64,000 nt of DNA from Nitrospirota bacterium. Lineage in GTDB: Bacteria > Nitrospirota > UBA9217. The notes beneath the pieces are model-generated. The model was not told where the DNA came from, did not search any database, and saw only the letters and a program-made list of their open reading frames with translations. This document shows positions 1 to 9,749 of the stretch, one piece after another. The stretch lies in contig CAVTRN010000002.1 of the NCBI GenBank assembly GCA_963737155.1, forward strand, positions 2,944,001 through 3,008,000. Direction: 5' to 3'. Within the stretch, counting starts at the first letter, position 1, and the number at the start of each line of letters is the position of its first letter. The translations under genes were made by a program, and so were the position numbers.

Positions 1-455
1 GGATTAAGTTCTATGGCCTTGCTGTAATCATTGAGAGCCTGCTGATAGTTCCCTGAAATTTTATAAGCAACCCCGCGATTCCTATATGCATCCGCATTTT
101 TCGGATCTAGTTCTATTGCCTTGTTGTAATCATTGATAGCCTGTTTAAGGTTTCTTAAAACCTTATAAACATTCCCGCGATTATAGTATGCATCCGCATT
201 TTTCGGATCTAGTTCTATTGCCTTGCTGTAATCATTGATCGCCTGCTGATAGTTCCCTAAAGCTTTATAAGCAATCCCACGATTAACATATGCCATTGCA
301 TCTTGCGGATTAAGTTCTATTGCCTTGTTGTAATCATTGATGTTCTGTTGATTTTCTGATGCACTATTGCTATCAGCTAAAGCTATGGTGGCTAACAATA
401 GTGAGGCTATCAGTCCTATAACCGCTAAAACTACTTTAGCTCTATTCGTTGCCAT
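1..455 (-). CDS. Secreted TPR-repeat protein (partial, runs off the left edge)
   Basis: Manual translation from ATG 455 (RBS AAGGAGG): MATNRAKVVLAVIGLIASLLLATIALA (signal peptide), then 34-aa repeats such as AINDYSKAIELDPKNADAYYNRG. Not in the ORF track. Confidence 0.9.
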   Translation of the reverse strand, partial: MATNRAKVVLAVIGLIASLLLATIALADSNSASENQQNINDYNKAIELNPQDAMAYVNRGIAYKALGNYQQAINDYSKAIELDPKNADAYYNRGNVYKVLRNLKQAINDYNKAIELDPKNADAYRNRGVAYKISGNYQQALNDYSKAIELN

Positions 456-699
456 GAATTGTTCCTCCTTTTAATGGGTAAATATCGCGTTATGCCTAGC
501 GAAGTAAAAAATGACCGACGAGGTATTATTCTTAAGTATTGCAGTAGAGATTAATCATGTCAAGTGCTAGAGAAAAATAATGTGTTGTAGATTTTGGGAA
601 AAAGGGGAGATAATCATGGATCCTTTTTTATTGCTGGGAATAGGAAAGGCCCATACGGTTGAAAATGGGTTGGGATATCAAAACAAAGAGATATGGTTG

Positions 700-880
700 C
701 ATCTTCGTTACGAGGATTGTATCTTTAGCGGCTTTTGCCACTTTGAATTTGACAACTTTCTTGCCTTAATTTGTATAGTCTCGCCTGTTGCGGAGCTCCT
801 CCCTACGTGCATTACGCCGAACGAGAACGTGTTTACCAAGTTACGGCATCGTCCAAGAGTTTTTGGCTTCCTTGTGAGCT
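700..880 (-). pseudogene. HU-family DNA-binding protein remnant
   Basis: Reads AHKEAKNSWTMP*LGKHVLVRRNAR/GRSSATGETIQIKA/KKVVKFKVAKAAKDTIL, matching the HU arm and C-terminus, with one stop and two frameshifts. Confidence 0.75.
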
Positions 881-981
881 ACCCACACTGGTTACCTCCC
901 CGATTGTTTTGTCACTTGGAAAGATGAACTTTTAGGTTGATTGCCTCTGGAGCCAGCTATGCTCGTAACGAATCGGGGCCC

Positions 982-1245
982 TCACACACTTAAAACTGGA
1001 TTCGGCACCGCACAGAGGACTGCGTAGCCGCAGGTCCGTAGACGACCGCAATAAGGGTAGCACCCGGTAACCAGCAAGTCCGTCTTCGCCTTTTTCACAG
1101 CTTGGCTCGGCGCCTTGGGCGCATCACCACTGCCGATAAATTCGCCTGCCTTGATGCCTATGTCTTGCTCGAGCTCTCCAATATGCTGAGTAGCGTCATC
1201 TACAAGCGCCCCTTTCTACTTTTGATTGATATAGCTGTCACCTGG
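982..1245 (-). pseudogene. Universal stress protein C-terminal remnant
   Basis: Reads ...*KGALVDDATQHIGELEQDIGIKAGEFIGSGDAPKAPSQAVKKAKTDLLVTGCYPYCGRLRTCGYAVLCAVPNPVLSV*. USP-like DLLVTG and PVLSV end; internal stop. Confidence 0.65.
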
Positions 1246-1286
1246 CTGGTAGATTCACTCTGCCGATAAAAGGGTACGTTTTCTTT

Positions 1287-1450
1287 GGGAGTTATATACT
1301 TAACTTCACAATCTTTGCAACTTGTTGATAAATAGGTTATAGCACTAACTCCCGTAAACATTTAAAACACTCTGTAATTAACAATATATTTATGCAATAC
1401 CAATTAGTTAGGGGGAATATACAGTTTTTGCTGTAAAGTATATAATTCCC
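1287..1450. mobile_element. MITE-like element with IS1595-like ends
   Basis: Terminal inverted repeats GGGAGTTATATACTTAACTTCA / revcomp GGGAATTATATACTTTACAGCA (18/22). Flanks TTTTCTTT and TTTCCTAT (6/8, a degenerate TSD). Confidence 0.6.
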
Positions 1451-1623
1451 TTTCCTATATAGTGACCGCCTATTTAGTGACGTGGCCACAAATCAGCGAA
1501 ATTACTATTCGCGCATCCCGTTGGAAACCAACCATCAACAGAAACAAGAATAGAATAATGGAACGTGCGCATTTATTATCGTGTACGCGGCCCATAAGAT
1601 TATGGCGTGCCATCTACTTGATC

Positions 1624-2033
1624 TCAATACGATGCTGAAGCAGGAACACGAGGACAACTACGAGAAGAGCCACGACCAAAAGGTCTGCGATCACCCCCCA
1701 CATCCCCTTCCGCCTGAAGTAATGCTGTGTGCGTCGCGAGTTGCCTGATTTGCTCGTCGGACATCGTGTTGATTCGTAAAATCACTTCTTCGGGAGTGAG
1801 CCCATAATCCAGAAGTTCTTGCCTTACGATCTTCGATTCAAGCGCAGTCCTTATCCTAACTGTGTCCGCAGTTCTGCCGGCTGACATTATCGCTGCGCCA
1901 GAAATATCCTAAAGTGGTGCAGCAGGGAGGAACATGGCTTGGCCGGCTTAACGAAGGTAGATACCGCGAGGAGCGCTGCGACCAGATAGAGTATGAGCGG
2001 TTTTGTATAGGATGCCTTGAGCATACCATTCAT
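1624..2033 (-). pseudogene. PA2779-family protein pseudogene (paralog of 6219..6635)
   Basis: ATG 2033 MNGMLKASYTKPLILYLVAALLA..., then a frameshift and TAG, then IRTALESKIVRQELLDYGLTPEE...; the C-terminus is also frameshifted. Confidence 0.8.
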
Positions 2034-2065
2034 TTTGATTACCTCCGGTTCCAGTGTTAACCTTG

Positions 2066-2335
2066 CTATCTCGTGATTATCACGCTGTGATCCGAGGTTT
2101 CCAGTACGACAACTGTGATAGTCGCCGCAAGGAGGAGAAATATCACCAGGCCGATACCATAGTCCCCACCTGCTTGTAGAGAGTTCAAGTTTACTGAAAG
2201 CTGATGAATCTATTCGCTAGAAAGCCAGCAGATCCTCGCTTGGGTATCATCCGCAGTGAATCCGAAATCCATGAGTCGTTGTCTGATCACGTTCGACTCG
2301 AGTACTTTCTGAAATAGTTTCCAAGTCGTTTTCTG
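2066..2335 (-). pseudogene. Second tandem PA2779-family remnant
   Basis: Reads FQKVLESNVIRQRLMDFGFTADDTQARICWLSSE*IHQLSVNLNSLQAGGDYGIGLVIFLLLAATITVVVLETSDHSVIITR*. Confidence 0.75.
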
Positions 2336-2838
2336 CTTATGTAAAAGAGCATAAACCCTGACACTTAAGGTTGAGATGTCTCGATCACTGCTATTTAAAT
2401 AATTTGAGGACTCAAAATGTCAGCATTCTATCTCTATACTATCCTGCAAAACTCCAGAAGCGACAAAAGTCAATGCAGCTATTGACATTCCTTCAAAGCG
2501 CGATATGATTCATACAAAGAGGAAAATAAATGTCAAAATTTTTCTTACATTAGCAACCAGAAAGTTAACAAATGCTAAAAGCGTATATTTTATCGTTCTT
2601 AATTCCGAGTCAAAAGTCGTATCTGAAAAAATTTGGCTAACAGTACGATTACATGGGCCGTAAGTAACAAGGGCAAGCACAGAACCGATATGTGCAGAGA
2701 GACGTACATTGATATAAAAAATATGAAGATCTTCATGTTCGGAGACAAGATCAAAATTGTGAATGGTTCACTAAGAGCTCAACCGGTGAAGATGGAACCC
2801 GTCAACCAAAACAGGCTGCGAAGTAAGGATATTAATCA

Positions 2839-2948
2839 ATACCCGCAGCAAGCTGGCGGGGTATAAAAGAAGATTGATCAAGTGAGAAACCTGTGGTTTC
2901 TCTTACTCTTCCCTATCTAGCAAGCTAACGGGGAATTGCAAGTTTAAA
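2839..2948. repeat. Palindromic REP/IS200-IS605-end-like element (two imperfect palindromes around a hairpin)
   Basis: ATACCCGCAGCAAGCTGGCGGGGTAT ... GAGAAACC-TGT-GGTTTCTC ... CTAGCAAGCTAACGGGGAATT. Related copies at 11662 and 60383. Confidence 0.55.
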
Positions 2949-3060
2949 CTAAGGCGGACCACAATAGTTTTCTACGCTCGATATTTGAAGAATTCGTCGT
3001 TTATTCATAATTGACCTGTTTTGGATATGGACACGTCCATTATTCATAAAGAAGCATAAC

Positions 3061-3210
3061 ATGCTGTGGACGATCTTTGTGATCCTTATGATTTTATGGC
3101 TTCTTGGATTAGTAAGCGGTTATACGATTGGTGGATTCATTCATATCCTGTTGATCATTGCAATTGTCGTTGTTTTGATCAGAATTATTCAAGGGCGAAA
3201 ACCTTTATAA
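3061..3210 (+). CDS. lmo0937-family small membrane protein (49 aa)
   Basis: MLWTIFVILMILWLLGLVSGYTIGGFIHILLIIAIVVVLIRIIQGRKPL*. Below the ORF-track cutoff. Confidence 0.9.
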   Translation: MLWTIFVILMILWLLGLVSGYTIGGFIHILLIIAIVVVLIRIIQGRKPL

Positions 3211-3255
3211 ACTTAGACAAAAAACCTCTGAGAAAGAAATACGGAAAGGGATAAA

Positions 3256-3444
3256 ATGGCGAGATACGGAAAGAAGGCGCAGGAGACGGTTCAGAAAGCA
3301 ATGAGCAGGTTTAAAAATGGCAAGCTGGAAAGCGGCAAAAGCGGTAATAAAGTAACCAGTAGAAAACAAGCGATTGCTATTGGACTTTCTGAGGCCCGAG
3401 AAAAAGGGGCAAAAGTTCCGCCTTCTTTGAAAATAATAAAATGA
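3256..3444 (+). CDS. DUF6496-family small basic protein
   Basis: GKLESGKSGNKVTSRKQAIAIGLSEAREKGAKVP signature. Confidence 0.8.
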   Translation: MARYGKKAQETVQKAMSRFKNGKLESGKSGNKVTSRKQAIAIGLSEAREKGAKVPPSLKIIK

Positions 3445-3725
3445 TGTCGTACGTAGGACGTCCAAAGCTAATAGTAGGCAGACTCTAATGATCTGTTGGA
3501 TATCCTTCATGAAGCAGAAGAAACTTGTCGAGTAAACACAGCATTCTTTCGCTGTAGAGAATACATAACCTTGGCAAAGTAATGGACACTCTTTGACTCA
3601 TCTTAACAAGATCAGGGGAGCACGATTTCATGATATTTATCTACGATTATATTTCTCTATAGTAATATTAATTAATTTACGTGGCGGGTCGTCAAATATT
3701 GATCAGTCCAAAAGAACTATTTTAC

Positions 3726-5375
3726 ATGGCTAAAATCAATCTTACTTTAAGCAAATGCTGGATCCGGCTCCTCATCAGTGTCGCTGCCCTGATGATCATT
3801 GTAGGACTGTTGTCATATTTCATCAGTAGTGATCTCCTGCGTAACTATATTGAAAGCCGGATGAACAGTCATCTGAAGGGCTACACAGTTCGCATAGAAA
3901 AGGCCTATTTCCATCCCATAAACTTTTCCCTCGATCTCGATGATTTGATTCTTACACAGAATGCGCATCCGGAACCCCCTGTAGCTTCTATTCAACGGTT
4001 GCACGCAGGCATTCACTGGCGTGAACTTTTATCACTCCACCTCGTTGCCGATTTCCTATTCGAGCACCCGGATGTCAGCATCAATTTAATTAATTTGCGT
4101 AAAGAGGCGGAGAGTAAGGTCCCCTTCAAGGAGAAAGGCTGGCAGGATGCGCTGGAATCGATTTATCCACTAAAGATCAATGTATTCAGGATCAGCGACG
4201 GTGAATTGATATATCAGGATAAAGGACCCTTCAAGCCACTTCGTGTAAGCAGGATCAATTTGGCTGCGACCAATATCCGGAACATCATCTCACCGGATAA
4301 GTCCTATCCGTCTCCGTTCCATCTGGAAGGAAATATCTTTGACAACGGGAAGCTCACTCTGGATGGGGATGCCAATTTTTTGGAGGAGCCTCATCTGGGG
4401 GTCAAAGCAGACCTCGATCTCTCGAATATGGATTTGAGCTATTTTGAGCCGATTTTGCAACGTAGCAACAACATCCTGATCAAGCGAGGAAGCATGTCGG
4501 CAAAGGGCAGTCTTGAATACAATCCACACGTTACGGCGGTGAATTTAAAAAATTTCATAATCAGGGGGGTGTACGTCGATTATCTTCACCTCCCGAAAAC
4601 CGCTGAAACAGAACAAACAAGAATAGAGCACATGGGACATGCTGCAAAAGAGCTGAGCAATGCGCCTGCAGAAAGGATCGCCGTTGACGTCCTGAAAATT
4701 GAAGACAGCAGCTTCGGATACGTGAATGATACAGCCAATCCTCACTATCGACTTTTTATCGACCACACGGACATAACCATTAAAAATTTTAGCAACCAGT
4801 TCTCTGCCGGCCAGGCCACGCTGGATTTTAAAGGGAAGTTCATGGGTGGAGGCGATACTGATGTTACCGGCAGCTTCCGACCAGAAACAAAATCTCCCGA
4901 TTTCAACATCCAGGTGGCCATTAAAGATACACCTATGACGGCGATGAACGATCTTTTCAGGAATTTTGGAAAATTTGACATAAAAGAGGGGCTGTTTTCC
5001 TTTTATTCGGTGTTGGCGATAAAAGACGATACAGTGAATGGCTATGTAAAGCCAATGTTCAAGGGGCTGAAAGTTTATGACACTCGCAGTGCAACACAAA
5101 AAAAACTCTTTCACAAAATTTATCTTGGACTGGTAAACGGACTAGCTGATCTCCTTGAAAATAGGTCTCACAAAGAGATTGCAACCGAGACCGTCATATC
5201 CGGGCCTTTAGAGAAACCCAAAACCAGCACCTCGCAGATTGTCATCAACTTAATCAGAAATGCGTTCATTAAGTCAATACTGCCAGGGTTCGAAAACAAA
5301 GCAATCAATCTGAATAGCAACCCTCCGCAAACGGTACCTGTTCGTTCTTCTCCTCCCGCAGTCGGATCTCATTAA
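3726..5375 (+). CDS. DUF748/AsmA-like membrane-anchored protein
   Basis: N-terminal TM segment, beta-rich repeats, C-terminal GYVKP...LIRNAFIKSILPGFE. Confidence 0.75.
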   Translation: MAKINLTLSKCWIRLLISVAALMIIVGLLSYFISSDLLRNYIESRMNSHLKGYTVRIEKAYFHPINFSLDLDDLILTQNAHPEPPVASIQRLHAGIHWRELLSLHLVADFLFEHPDVSINLINLRKEAESKVPFKEKGWQDALESIYPLKINVFRISDGELIYQDKGPFKPLRVSRINLAATNIRNIISPDKSYPSPFHLEGNIFDNGKLTLDGDANFLEEPHLGVKADLDLSNMDLSYFEPILQRSNNILIKRGSMSAKGSLEYNPHVTAVNLKNFIIRGVYVDYLHLPKTAETEQTRIEHMGHAAKELSNAPAERIAVDVLKIEDSSFGYVNDTANPHYRLFIDHTDITIKNFSNQFSAGQATLDFKGKFMGGGDTDVTGSFRPETKSPDFNIQVAIKDTPMTAMNDLFRNFGKFDIKEGLFSFYSVLAIKDDTVNGYVKPMFKGLKVYDTRSATQKKLFHKIYLGLVNGLADLLENRSHKEIATETVISGPLEKPKTSTSQIVINLIRNAFIKSILPGFENKAINLNSNPPQTVPVRSSPPAVGSH

Positions 5376-5606
5376 TATTATGGAGCCTTTCAGATGTGCA
5401 GGGATCGCGGATATTTGAACCGTTTTTATTTCATTTATCGTCTGGCTTGGTCTATCAGTTATTTTTTATCTTCTCTCTTTTTCGCCATGTCGTTTTTAAG
5501 ACGATAGAGAATGAATATCAATTGTTCTCGAACGACAATCTCCAATTTCACGAGCTGTCCTGCACGTGTTTTTTTTGCGAGCTTTCTTCAAGATACATTG
5601 TTTAGG

Positions 5607-5821
5607 TGACAACGTTCAGGACATCGTTAACTCAAAAAACACTCACAACATCGTTTAATCGCGTATTAGCAAACAATTAGCTAACTGATGTAACGATCAG
5701 TTTTAAGCAGTGTTAACAGGGCTATAATAACCTACTCAGCATTCAGCACCAGGTACTAAATGCTTGAAGGTAAACGAAGTCCTGAGCATAAAATCAGTAA
5801 ACGATGTCCTGAACGTTATCA
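5607..5821. mobile_element. 215-bp MITE (IS481-like ends) with 6-bp TSD TTTAGG
   Basis: TG...CA termini; perfect 18-bp IR core AACGTTCAGGACATCGTT (5611-5628 / 5800-5817); second internal repeat at each end; TTTAGG at 5601-5606 and 5822-5827. Confidence 0.8.
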
Positions 5822-6218
5822 TTTAGGCAAAAGAGTCGGGCGTTGCAAAAAATTGGATGAAAGTGTCCGGGTGGAGTTGCTCCCTTCATTGGAACATACT
5901 CACCATGCTGTCGTTATTTTTCAGACTCCTAAACCAGCAATGAATAGAATATTAAGGTTCCCCTACTTGAAAGGGCAAGCTGCTTCATTATGGCCCCCAG
6001 TAATGAGAGCATCTATGTGATTGCACCAGAAACGTTGACGGGAAAGTGCAGGCTAGTCAATGAACAGCTCCTGCACGAATGCGTTGCTTTGAGAGAATTC
6101 TGATATAATTAGACTAATAAGTAGCTTAGGTACTTAAATATTAAACGTCGTGATTATGCGGCTCACTTGTAATAATCACGATGTAGCAAGGATATCGCTG
6201 GAAGTGGAGGTGAGCAAG

Positions 6219-6635
6219 ATGAATGGTATGCTTAGATCGTTCTATGCAAAGCCTTTTGTACTCTACCTGGTAGCGGCGCTCCTCGCGTTCTCTACCTTTG
6301 CCCAGTCGGCTGAAGCTATGTTCCTCCCTGTGGCACCACATCAGGATATTTCCAACGCGGCGCCAATGTCAACGGTTAGAATAGCCGACTTAGATGGGAT
6401 AAGGACTGCGCTTGAATCAAAAATCGTATTGCAAACACTTCTGGATTATGGGCTCTCCCGCGAGGATGCTATGTCGCGTATTAACACGCTGACCGACGAG
6501 CAGATCAATCAATTCGCGACACATACGGAATCGCTTCAAGCAGGAGGCCAAGTGGGCGCAGTTATCGTAGTCCTTTTGGTCGTAGCTGTTCTCGTCGTAT
6601 TTCTCGTATTCGCGTTGATATCAAAAGTTTTATGA
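6219..6635 (+). CDS. PA2779-family protein
   Basis: RBS GGAGG; signal peptide; LESKIV...DYGLS.EDA..RINTLTDEQI.Q.A..SLQAGG followed by a C-terminal TM helix. Confidence 0.8.
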   Translation: MNGMLRSFYAKPFVLYLVAALLAFSTFAQSAEAMFLPVAPHQDISNAAPMSTVRIADLDGIRTALESKIVLQTLLDYGLSREDAMSRINTLTDEQINQFATHTESLQAGGQVGAVIVVLLVVAVLVVFLVFALISKVL

Positions 6636-6696
6636 TAAAGCGAAGGGGCCTATGAAATGATCGCACGGCATAGAGTATAATGACTAGAAACTTTAG

Positions 6697-6817
6697 ACTA
6701 GTACACTGTCAATATAGTTCTTGATGGTAGTGCACCTCTTTTGCTCGTTCCCCGGGCATGATTTAAACCGAAATAACTGTGCGGAACAATCAACAATTAA
6801 GTTGACGGTGTACTAGT
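6697..6817. mobile_element. ~120-bp MITE-like element in a CTAG context (IS630-like)
   Basis: ACTAGTACACTGTCAA (6697-6712) is inverted against TTGACGGTGTACTAGT (6802-6817), 15/16; the IR extends imperfectly to about 25 bp. Confidence 0.65.
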
Positions 6818-7567
6818 GTAACGAGATCAGACATGAAGGCGTGCGAGACGGACAACAGGTATCAGTAGTCCATTAAATCGCAGGATGCAATAGTTTCCAG
6901 ATCAGAAAAGGGGTGTATTAATCGGTGACACCGTATGCGTTGTTTGGCGGAGAGGAGGAAGAACATTACCTAGATGGACACCATGACCGTAACAAAGATC
7001 GAGTCTCTTTCCAATTCCAGCATGTTTGCTACAGTTTCAATCTCTATGATGTTGACGGATCATCGATAATAAACCGAGACAGCTCTCAACTTCGAACGAT
7101 ATTTGGACCCTCAACAATGCTTCACTTTTTCTCATCGTCATATCAATCCAAAGAACGTTGTTTTGTTGATAAACTCGAGAATCAGAGTGCGTGCAGTATT
7201 CGAGAGTTTACAGCTAATTTGGCACGATCTGACCGCTGCGATGGTGGTGAACTATTAATTAAGTGGATCCCTTTCTGATAAAAAATAAAAAGCCATTATT
7301 CTTTTAAGATTTTCCAGATTTTTCATTATACCTCTAGTAATGATACTTTCATCCTATGCTGTTTCAAAACGCAAATCTCGCACAATCTAGTATCTCTTTA
7401 CATACTTTGTGCTACCTGGTACGAACCCTTAGCTCCAATCAATTATAGCGAAATATGAGGTATATTATTATTATGACCTGTTGAGAGCAGAAGAGGGTGT
7501 ATCCTCTTCCTTCTGCATACAGGGAAACAGAGAAGGAAGATGGTATTGCGAAAAGGAGGTCAGCATC

Positions 7568-8131
7568 ATGAATATTCATTCGAGGCTAAGAATTCTTGTC
7601 TCAATGCTCCTGATCACGGCAGCATTTTTGATCACTGATACTGTTGCGAGCGCGTTGACAAAGGCTGAGATTGACGCAGGCGTTACAGCTACACTATCCC
7701 GATTCCGCCACGATATCAGAGGAGGCTCCGCATATCTACGCGCGGCAAAGGGCGTGCTGGTCATGCCACACGTCACCAAAGCTGGTTTCATAGTCGGCGG
7801 GGAATATGGCCAGGGAGCCCTTCAAGTCGATGGTATAAATGTCCGGTACTATAACCTCGTATCGGGCTCACTAGGCTATCAGATCGGCGCAGAGCAGTAC
7901 GACGTGGTCATTATTTTCATGACCAACAAAGCACTGAAAAAATTCCGCGAAGCTGACGGCTGGGAGGCAGGCGTGGATGCCGAAGTGACACTTATTAAAG
8001 TGGGGGCTAATGCTTCCATTCAGACCCTTAGAAGCCAACATCCTGTTGTGGGGTTTGTCTTTGATCAGAAGGGTTTGATGGCGGGAGTCTCTATACAAGG
8101 TGCCAAATTTACACCGATAAGTCCGGAGTAA
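7568..8131 (+). CDS. YSC84/SYLF-domain exported lipid-binding protein
   Basis: AKGVLVMP.VTKAGFIVGGEYGQGAL, SLGYQIGAEQ, KGLMAGVSIQGAKF; RBS AGGAGG. Confidence 0.85.
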   Translation: MNIHSRLRILVSMLLITAAFLITDTVASALTKAEIDAGVTATLSRFRHDIRGGSAYLRAAKGVLVMPHVTKAGFIVGGEYGQGALQVDGINVRYYNLVSGSLGYQIGAEQYDVVIIFMTNKALKKFREADGWEAGVDAEVTLIKVGANASIQTLRSQHPVVGFVFDQKGLMAGVSIQGAKFTPISPE

Positions 8132-8637
8132 GATGCTTTTGAGAATAGCATCTCCTACGGGTGCCGCCACTCACACGGTATGCGGGATTTCAAGGATGAA
8201 GCACAGTTCAGATCGTGTGTTAAATGGACGGTTTGTACGAAAGGATGGAAGAAAAAGTCGTAGTATAAAGAAAAATACATTATTGATTATTTTCGGAGAT
8301 GTAACAAAGCAATTGATGTAATGATTTCTTTACTTCGGCACAAAGTAATGCTGCGTGAAAGTTATAATAATCATTTCCCTGTGAGGGCTGGTCATCTTGG
8401 CATCGTCAACCGTGATTTTAATATCATGCAAAATGAAACGAGTCAAGATGACTGCTCTGGTCATAGACTAGCCAGTAACTTATTGGTAATTCCAAGAAGT
8501 GATTTTTTACTCTTGAGGCATTGATCTCGCTTTAGAAGAGGGTATAAACATGCTGAGGAAGTTGGAGCAAAGCATGATTCTTTAGATGGAGTAATACAAG
8601 ATTTCATAACTAGATGCTAGGAAAGGAACGTTGCGTC

Positions 8638-9177
8638 ATGCCGTCTGAAAAACACCCCGATAAATCTCATCATACCATAAATGCTGGTTTGAAGCCGCCC
8701 GACTACCTTCGGCAAGCAAAAGCCCATTTACTAGCAGGCAGACAAGAGGCAGCTTACGCGTTGTTGCAACGGTCTCTTGAGCATTTTCCGAATGAACCCG
8801 TTCTTCTATCTCACTATGGACTTCTCCTCGTGCTCTTAGATAAAAGGTACCGCACTGGCATTGAGACCTGCCAGCAAGCGATCGAAAAACATAAAAAAAA
8901 TACAGCATTTGATGAGGAAATGCTATACCCGCTATTGTATTATAATCTCGGCAAGGCGTATACAGCGGCGGGAAAAAGAAAAGAAGCCGTGAAAGCCTTT
9001 AAAATGGGGATAGCCTATGATTCGGGGAACAACAACGATGTCAAGAAAGAGTTGCTGCGCATGGGTATGAAGAGGGGAAATCCCTCGATCCCATTTCTTG
9101 AGAGATCAAACCCGCTGAACAAATATATCGGGCTCATGCTTAATAAGAAGCACAAAGCTTCGGATGCTAAAAAGTAA
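8638..9177 (+). CDS. TPR-repeat protein
   Basis: TPR helices (YYNLGKAYTAAGKRKEAVKAF); C-terminal IPFLERSNPLNKYIG. Confidence 0.75.
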   Translation: MPSEKHPDKSHHTINAGLKPPDYLRQAKAHLLAGRQEAAYALLQRSLEHFPNEPVLLSHYGLLLVLLDKRYRTGIETCQQAIEKHKKNTAFDEEMLYPLLYYNLGKAYTAAGKRKEAVKAFKMGIAYDSGNNNDVKKELLRMGMKRGNPSIPFLERSNPLNKYIGLMLNKKHKASDAKK

Positions 9178-9749
9178 GCTAGAGCGAGACAAGTATAGCG
9201 GGATTCAAAGAGAATAATGAGTAACCAGAATGGTCTAAATATCATGTCTCCACTAATTGCGGGTTTTGTAGTGAGGAGTGATTATACGAAGCGGTAATCA
9301 TGTTAATGACTCCGATGGGGGTAAGTTTCGACATAACAAACACATGTTCAAGTTGGAAATGAATTTTTCTCACCGTATTTAAACGACGGTTGTATATTCG
9401 AAAATTGTAATAATCTTTGTTGAACTACTGCTCGCGCTATTTCTATTAGAGCATAATTCTAACGAGGTTCTATTTTGACTGGCTGAAAAGTTTCTAATAA
9501 AGTTACTGCCCTTTAAAAAACCCTTTTATTAGTTTGAGACTGCGCAATTTTCCACCGGTATCGTAAAAATATCCGTGAGCAATTATGAGTCTTCATTTTT
9601 CTGTAATATTTATTTAATATCTACCTAGTTTTTTCATATCCATTGCTGCTCCTCTTTCCATGAAAGAGATCGGCCCGTGGAGAGGTTTAGGCGGTAACCG
9701 AAATCAGATAGGCTTAGAATCTTAACGAATCGCTTATTCGAGTTCAGCA

